A stretch of DNA of 64,000 nt from Takakia lepidozioides (taxonomy: Eukaryota > Plantae > Bryophyta). Positions within the stretch are counted from its first letter, which is position 1; each line of letters starts with the position of its first letter. The DNA lies in contig CM060732.1 in the NCBI GenBank assembly GCA_030704615.1, forward strand, positions 62,992,001 through 63,056,000, given 5' to 3'. The notes beneath the pieces were generated by a model. It searched no databases. It was not told the DNA's origin and saw only the letters and a list, made by a program, of their open reading frames with translations. The position numbers and the translations under genes are program-made. This document shows, piece after piece, positions 58,853 through 64,000 of this stretch.

Positions 58853-61800
58853 GTGATGGTTAATGGTTCCATCTCGAGACTTGATAACAGGGGTACGTTG
58901 AAGGTTGCAATGACCAAAAGTGCTTCTAATAGAGTCCCACATCAATTCAATCTCAAAGAAGTTCGTCCCTTGACTGGCTGGAGAGCGGTCTTAGACATTG
59001 GTGATTCAATGGGGCGCTCTAGGGAGACAACCAAGGGCAAGGACTTCAACTTGAGAGTTTCTAATCGGTTTGATGCTCTGAATGAGGTTGAATCCAAACA
59101 GCCAGAAGGACAAGATGCCCCTAAGTGTACAAAACCTGAACGTCCTGAATCTGAAGGATTTGGTACTCTGAATGGTTTACCAATCCTCAAAGTTTACACA
59201 AGACGAACAAATTCTATACACGGGGTAATTGTCCCCAAGCCGTCAGATGGACAATCTGTCCCTAAGTGTGCAGAGCCTGAACGTTGTGTAACTGAAGGAT
59301 TTGGTACTCTAAATGGTTTACCAATCCTCAAAGTCTACACAAGACGAGCAAAATCTACACACGGGGTAATTGTCCCCAAGCAGTCTGACGGACAATATAC
59401 CCCTAAGTGTGCGGAGCCTGTGCGTCGTGTAACTGAAGGATTTGGTACCCTGAATGGTTTACCAATTCTCAAAGTCTACACAAGACGAGCAAAATCTACA
59501 CATGGGGTAACTGTCCCCCTTTGCAGAACGGTTGGCCGTCCAGGAGCAATCACAAGCTACCTAGACGACAAACAATTCACATGCAAAGGGCTGGCTTGCG
59601 GCTGGCCACTTTCAACTTCTCAGGGCTTACTAACCAAAGGAAACAACTCGAAGTGGGACAAGTCCTTTGGACTAATGATATTCATATCTGTGCTGGCAAG
59701 AAACATGGGAAACGTCGGATAAACTGGTTGGAGATGTCAATGGTTATAAATGGGCAGATAGGATGTGTACTCTCAAGGCAGCCTCTGCCAAACGCGGTCA
59801 AAAATCCGTGATTTCTTGTTTGATAATTGTGAAATTATCAACAAGGTTTGAGGTACGAGCCTAGTATCTGGCTAAAACTGAATCTGAAGGGCGGCATGAG
59901 TACGAAGGACCTCTTTGTGGGTTGTGTTTACATGCCCACAGAGGGACCCTTAGTGCTGACGCAGACAAAGCCTTCGAAGATGTAAAGCTGGACTGTGCTT
60001 CGTTCCTTGCCAAAGGTCAGGTAGTGCTATTGGGTGACGTCAATGCCCGGGTGGGCAAAGGGCTCCATCAGGACGATATCATTGGGCCTTTTGGTGAGGA
60101 CGAGCTGAATTCTAATGGCAGACGGTTAATTAACTGTCTGGAAGAGCTTCAGCTTTTGACCTTGAATAACAGGACAAGAGGTGACCAAGTGCAGTGGACT
60201 CGTGAGAAATCCCAAACTGGGGAACATTCCATTGTGGACTATATCATAATGGACAAAAATTTGTTTCCCCAGTGTGCCGATGTGTTGATCGACAGAACTG
60301 ATATTGGTACCTCTGACCACTTCCTGGTTTGGACTGAGATCAAAAGGTGTTTTCCCAACACCAAGAGATCTGTGAAACGTTCGATTCGGAAGTGGCGCAT
60401 AGAAAAATTCCATAATGAGGAGGTCAAGGCTGAGTACGTCCAGGCCTTGCAAGAGGCTCTCCCTCACTTTGTCCAATCGCTCCAAGAACCTTCAGTCTCG
60501 CTCTGACAACGCAAGAAATGAAGTCGAAAGAGCAGTGACTCTTGGGAGAGTTTCGTTTCCTCCGTGGCTGACAAGATCATTGGGAGGAAACTAATTGTCT
60601 GCGGTAGAGCTGTTAATTGGTGGACCAATGAGATCAAACTCAAGATAGCTGAGAGACGAGCCCTCTATAAGAGTGCTGCAATTTGAAAACCAACAGAGAA
60701 TTGTGGGCGAGGTACTACCAGCTCCGTAAAGATATCAATCAGCTTGTTAGGTCTCAGAAGAAATTATACTGGGATAAGTTATACAGTGAAATAAACTCAA
60801 ACCATGGTGGTAATGACAAGAAATTCTGGTTGGCCCTTCAACGTTTGTACAAGCCTAAAAACGGTCAGCAAGTACAAGCGCTGAAGACTACTAAAGGTGC
60901 AGTGGTGACTTCATCGGTTGACATTGTCAAAACCTTTGAAAATCACTACAGTATCCTTGGCAGAACTTCTAGGTCTAACAGTGAGGGGTCTTCTGCTGAA
61001 TGGAGGGACACAGTTGGAAAAACTGTTCCTATGATTCAAAACAGCCCTGATGAACTGGAGTATATTTCAATGGCTTATAACGCTCCCATTAGTTCTTCTG
61101 AGATTGTGGAAGCAATTGAACATTTAAATGGATATAAAGCTGGTGGACCTGATGGTATTGTCAACGAGCTTATCAAGCACGGTGGCGATCCCATGATAGA
61201 GGCCCTAGTTCTCCTCTTTAACCTTATCTGGAAGACTGAAATGATCCCCTTTCGCTGGCGACAGGGGGTCATTGTCAATCTATACAAGAAGGGTGACAGA
61301 GAAGAACCGGGGAACTACCGTGGCATCACGCTCCTCAATGCTGTTGGCAAGACATTCTGCAGAGTTATAAGTACTCGTCTCGAGGTTGATCTGGAGTCTA
61401 GAGGTTGTTTCCACGAAGGCCAAGCTGGCTTTCGGCGAAACAGGGGCTGTGTGGATCATATCTTCACTCTAAGCCAGATTATCAGGGAAGGAAAAAAGAA
61501 GGGAAACCCACTTATGTTTTTTTCCTGGATGTCAAAAAGGCTTATGACACAGTGTGGAGAGATGGCCTATGGTTCCGCCTCTGGTCTTGTGGGATCAAGG
61601 GAAAGATGTGGAGAGTTGTCCACAACTTGTATGCTCACACCAAAAGCTGTGTCACTGTTACGGACAGAAGTCCAACTTCTTTGACATAGACCAAGGTGTA
61701 GCTCAAGGATGTACTCTCTCCCCTCTGCTCTTCAATGTTTTCATCAATCAACTCCTCGAGGATGTGGAAAGTGAGGGATTTGGGTTAAGGGTGGGTGATA

Positions 61801-63077
61801 CCACCATACCAGCCCTTATGTTTGCGGATGACTTCGCAGGCATAGGGGAGACTCCAACCAATCTCCAGGAGTTGATTGATTGCGCGAAGAGATACTTTGA
61901 TCTTTGGGGGCTAGAGGCTAATGTCAGCAAATGTGCAGTGGTAGCATTCAACGACAGAGGAGAGGGAGGAAGTGATCTTAAGTGGCAGTGGGGTAGCCAA
62001 GAGATCCCGGTCCTCCCTTCCTACACATACCTGGGCGTTGAGTTTTCCTCCAATTGTAATTGGGATGCACATATCCGGAAAGTTGTTCAAACTGGCAAGG
62101 GCAAAGCTCTGGGGCTCACTAAATTTTTCCACTGCAGAGGGGTCAACTCTGAGGTTAAGAAAACCATGCTTTGTCGCGTTATTAGACCTGCCTTGGAGTA
62201 CGGATCTGCTATATGGGTTGATAACTCCAACCAGGCTAAGTCTCTAGAATCCATTCAAGTGGGGGTGCTTAAGGAGTGTATGTCAGCATGCTCCAAAACA
62301 GCCAATGTGGCTGTTCGGGGTGAGTTTGGCATTCCATCCTTAAGCTCCCGACGAGATGAATTCAAGGTCAGATGGTGGGGTCAGCTGCAACATATGCCCA
62401 ACACCAGATATCCTAAGTTAATCAACTCTATGTCTTGGAAACAGGACCGCCCTGTCAAACAGGCTAAGTCCTGGCAGAAGAGAGTAGAAGAGATTCTCAA
62501 GGACCTGGACCTGGATCCGCAAGTCTTGACCCTGCTGGATAAATCTGACTTAGAGGCTGTAGTGTCCAAAGCCATGTCTGTTGCCATGAGATTGTCTGAT
62601 GAAAATGAAGTTAGGCAGAAAACTTCCCTGAACTTGTTTCCAGTCAGTGACATGGGGGAGGACATCTTGGATGACCTCAAGGGTCTACCCACTCTCGGCA
62701 CTAGACTGAAATTTAAACTCAGGGCAGGAAGCCTACCTTTGAACAGCAAACAGAAGCAGAGAGGAAAGGGAGAGTGCAATTGCCCGTTGTGTGGGCAATC
62801 TGAAGACAGTATTCATTTTCTGATACACTGTCCGGGGTTCTCTCACCAAAGAGACGCTCTCTTCAACTCTATCAAGGGAATTGTGCCTGTACCCCTGTTT
62901 ACCAACTTTGAAAGTCTCGAGGCTGAGCCAAAAGCCCAGGCCCTCCTGAGGCCTAGTTTTTGGGCAAATCACACACAGCAGATTGATGCTTGTGTGAAGG
63001 GATTTCTAGAGGATATCTGGAAAACCCGGATTAATTCTTTATATGAAGGTAAGTCTTACTACCAACGTCAGCCCCTG
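58853..63077 (+). mobile_element. LINE (APE endonuclease, RT, C-terminal zinc knuckle), RTE/RTEX-like, frameshifted
   Basis: LRLATFNFSGL; VVLLGDVNARVG; SIVDYI; SDHFLV; PGNYRGITLL; EGQAGFR; FLDVKKAYDTVWR; QGCTLSPLLF; FADD; YTYLG; CPLC...HFLIHC. The 5' UTR probably begins near 58420. Confidence 0.92.
59105..59518 (+). repeat. 141-bp (47-aa) tandem repeat, ~3 copies, in the LINE upstream ORF
   Basis: cctaagtgt at 59120, 59261 and 59402; protein unit PKC..PER...EGFGTLNGLPILKVYTRR..S.HGV.VP. Confidence 0.92.
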
Positions 63078-64000
63078 AGGCCAATTTCAGTAAATGTGCA
63101 GTGGTGGCATTCAACGATAGAGGAGAGGGAGGAAGTGATCTTAAGTGGCAGTGGGGTAGCCAAGAGATCCCAGTCCTCCCTTCCTACACATACCTGGGCG
63201 TTGAGTTTTCCTCCAACTGTAACTGGGATGCACACATCCAGAAAGTTGTTCAAACTGGCAAGGGCAAAGCGATGAGTCTCACTAAATTTTTTCACTGCAG
63301 AGGGATTAACTCTGAGGTCAAGAAAACCTTGCTTTGCCGCATTATTAGACCTGCCTTGGAGTACGGATCTGCTATATGGGTTGATAACTCCAACCAGGCT
63401 AAGTCTCTAGAATCCATTCAAGTGGGGGTGCTTAAGGAGTGCATGTCAGCATGCTCCAAAACAGCCAATGTGGCTGTTCGGGGTGAGTTTGGCATCCCTT
63501 CCTTAAGCTCCCGACGAATTCAAGGTCAGATGGTGGGGTCAGTTGCAACACATGTCCAACACCAGATACCCTAAGTTAATCGACTCTATATCATGGAAAC
63601 AGGACCGCCCTGTCAAACAGGCTAAGTCCTGGCAGAAGAGAGTAGAAGAGATTCTCAAGGATCTGAATCTGGACCCGCAAGTCTTGACCTTGCTGGATAA
63701 ATCTGACTTAGAGTCTGTAGTGTCCAAAGCCATGTCTGTTACCAGCAAATTTTCTGATGCAAATGAAGTTAGGCAGAAAACTTCCCTGAACCTGTTTCCA
63801 GTCTGGGACATGGGGGAGGATATCATGGATGATCTCAAGGGTCTACCCACTCTCGGCACCAGACTGAAATTTAAACTCAGGGCAGGAAGCCTACCTTTGA
63901 ACAGTAAACAGAAGCAGAGAGGAAAGGGAGAGTGCAATTGCCCGTTGTGTGGGCCCTAAGACAATATTCATTTTCTGATACACTGTCCGGGGTACTCTCA
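63078..64000 (+). mobile_element. Second, 5'-truncated tandem copy of the LINE 3' part (runs off the window)
   Basis: Duplicates about 61914-62845 with scattered substitutions and small indels. Confidence 0.92.

Overview
Eukaryotic plant nuclear DNA with spliceosomal introns. A non-seed land plant (bryophyte or lycophyte) is likely, but this is inferred only from gene and TE content. Left third (1.2-18.5 kb): a three-layer TE nest. The outer element is a decayed gypsy-integrase element with an unusual split-terminal-repeat layout and a 4-bp TSD. Its right repeat carries a Galadriel-like chromovirus (4671-9926) and an 8.1-kb PIF/Harbinger (10265-18407) whose transposase is broken by an internal inversion. 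Middle: a Tourist-like MITE, an intact 7-exon ARMC7 gene, a 9.3-kb Mutator-like element (SWIM transposase plus several orphan cargo ORFs), about 8 kb of unassigned intergenic DNA, and a 7-exon RCC1-repeat gene with a probable GT-GG U12 intron. Right part: three candidate secreted CLE/SGP-type peptide precursors (one decayed), a TTAA piggyBac-like MITE, an inverted pair of Mutator-like MITEs, and exons 2-3 of a Tic32-like SDR followed by a tandem LINE. A matching SDR exon 1 lies 57 kb upstream at about 820-938. All family assignments come from motif recognition by eye; no searches were run.
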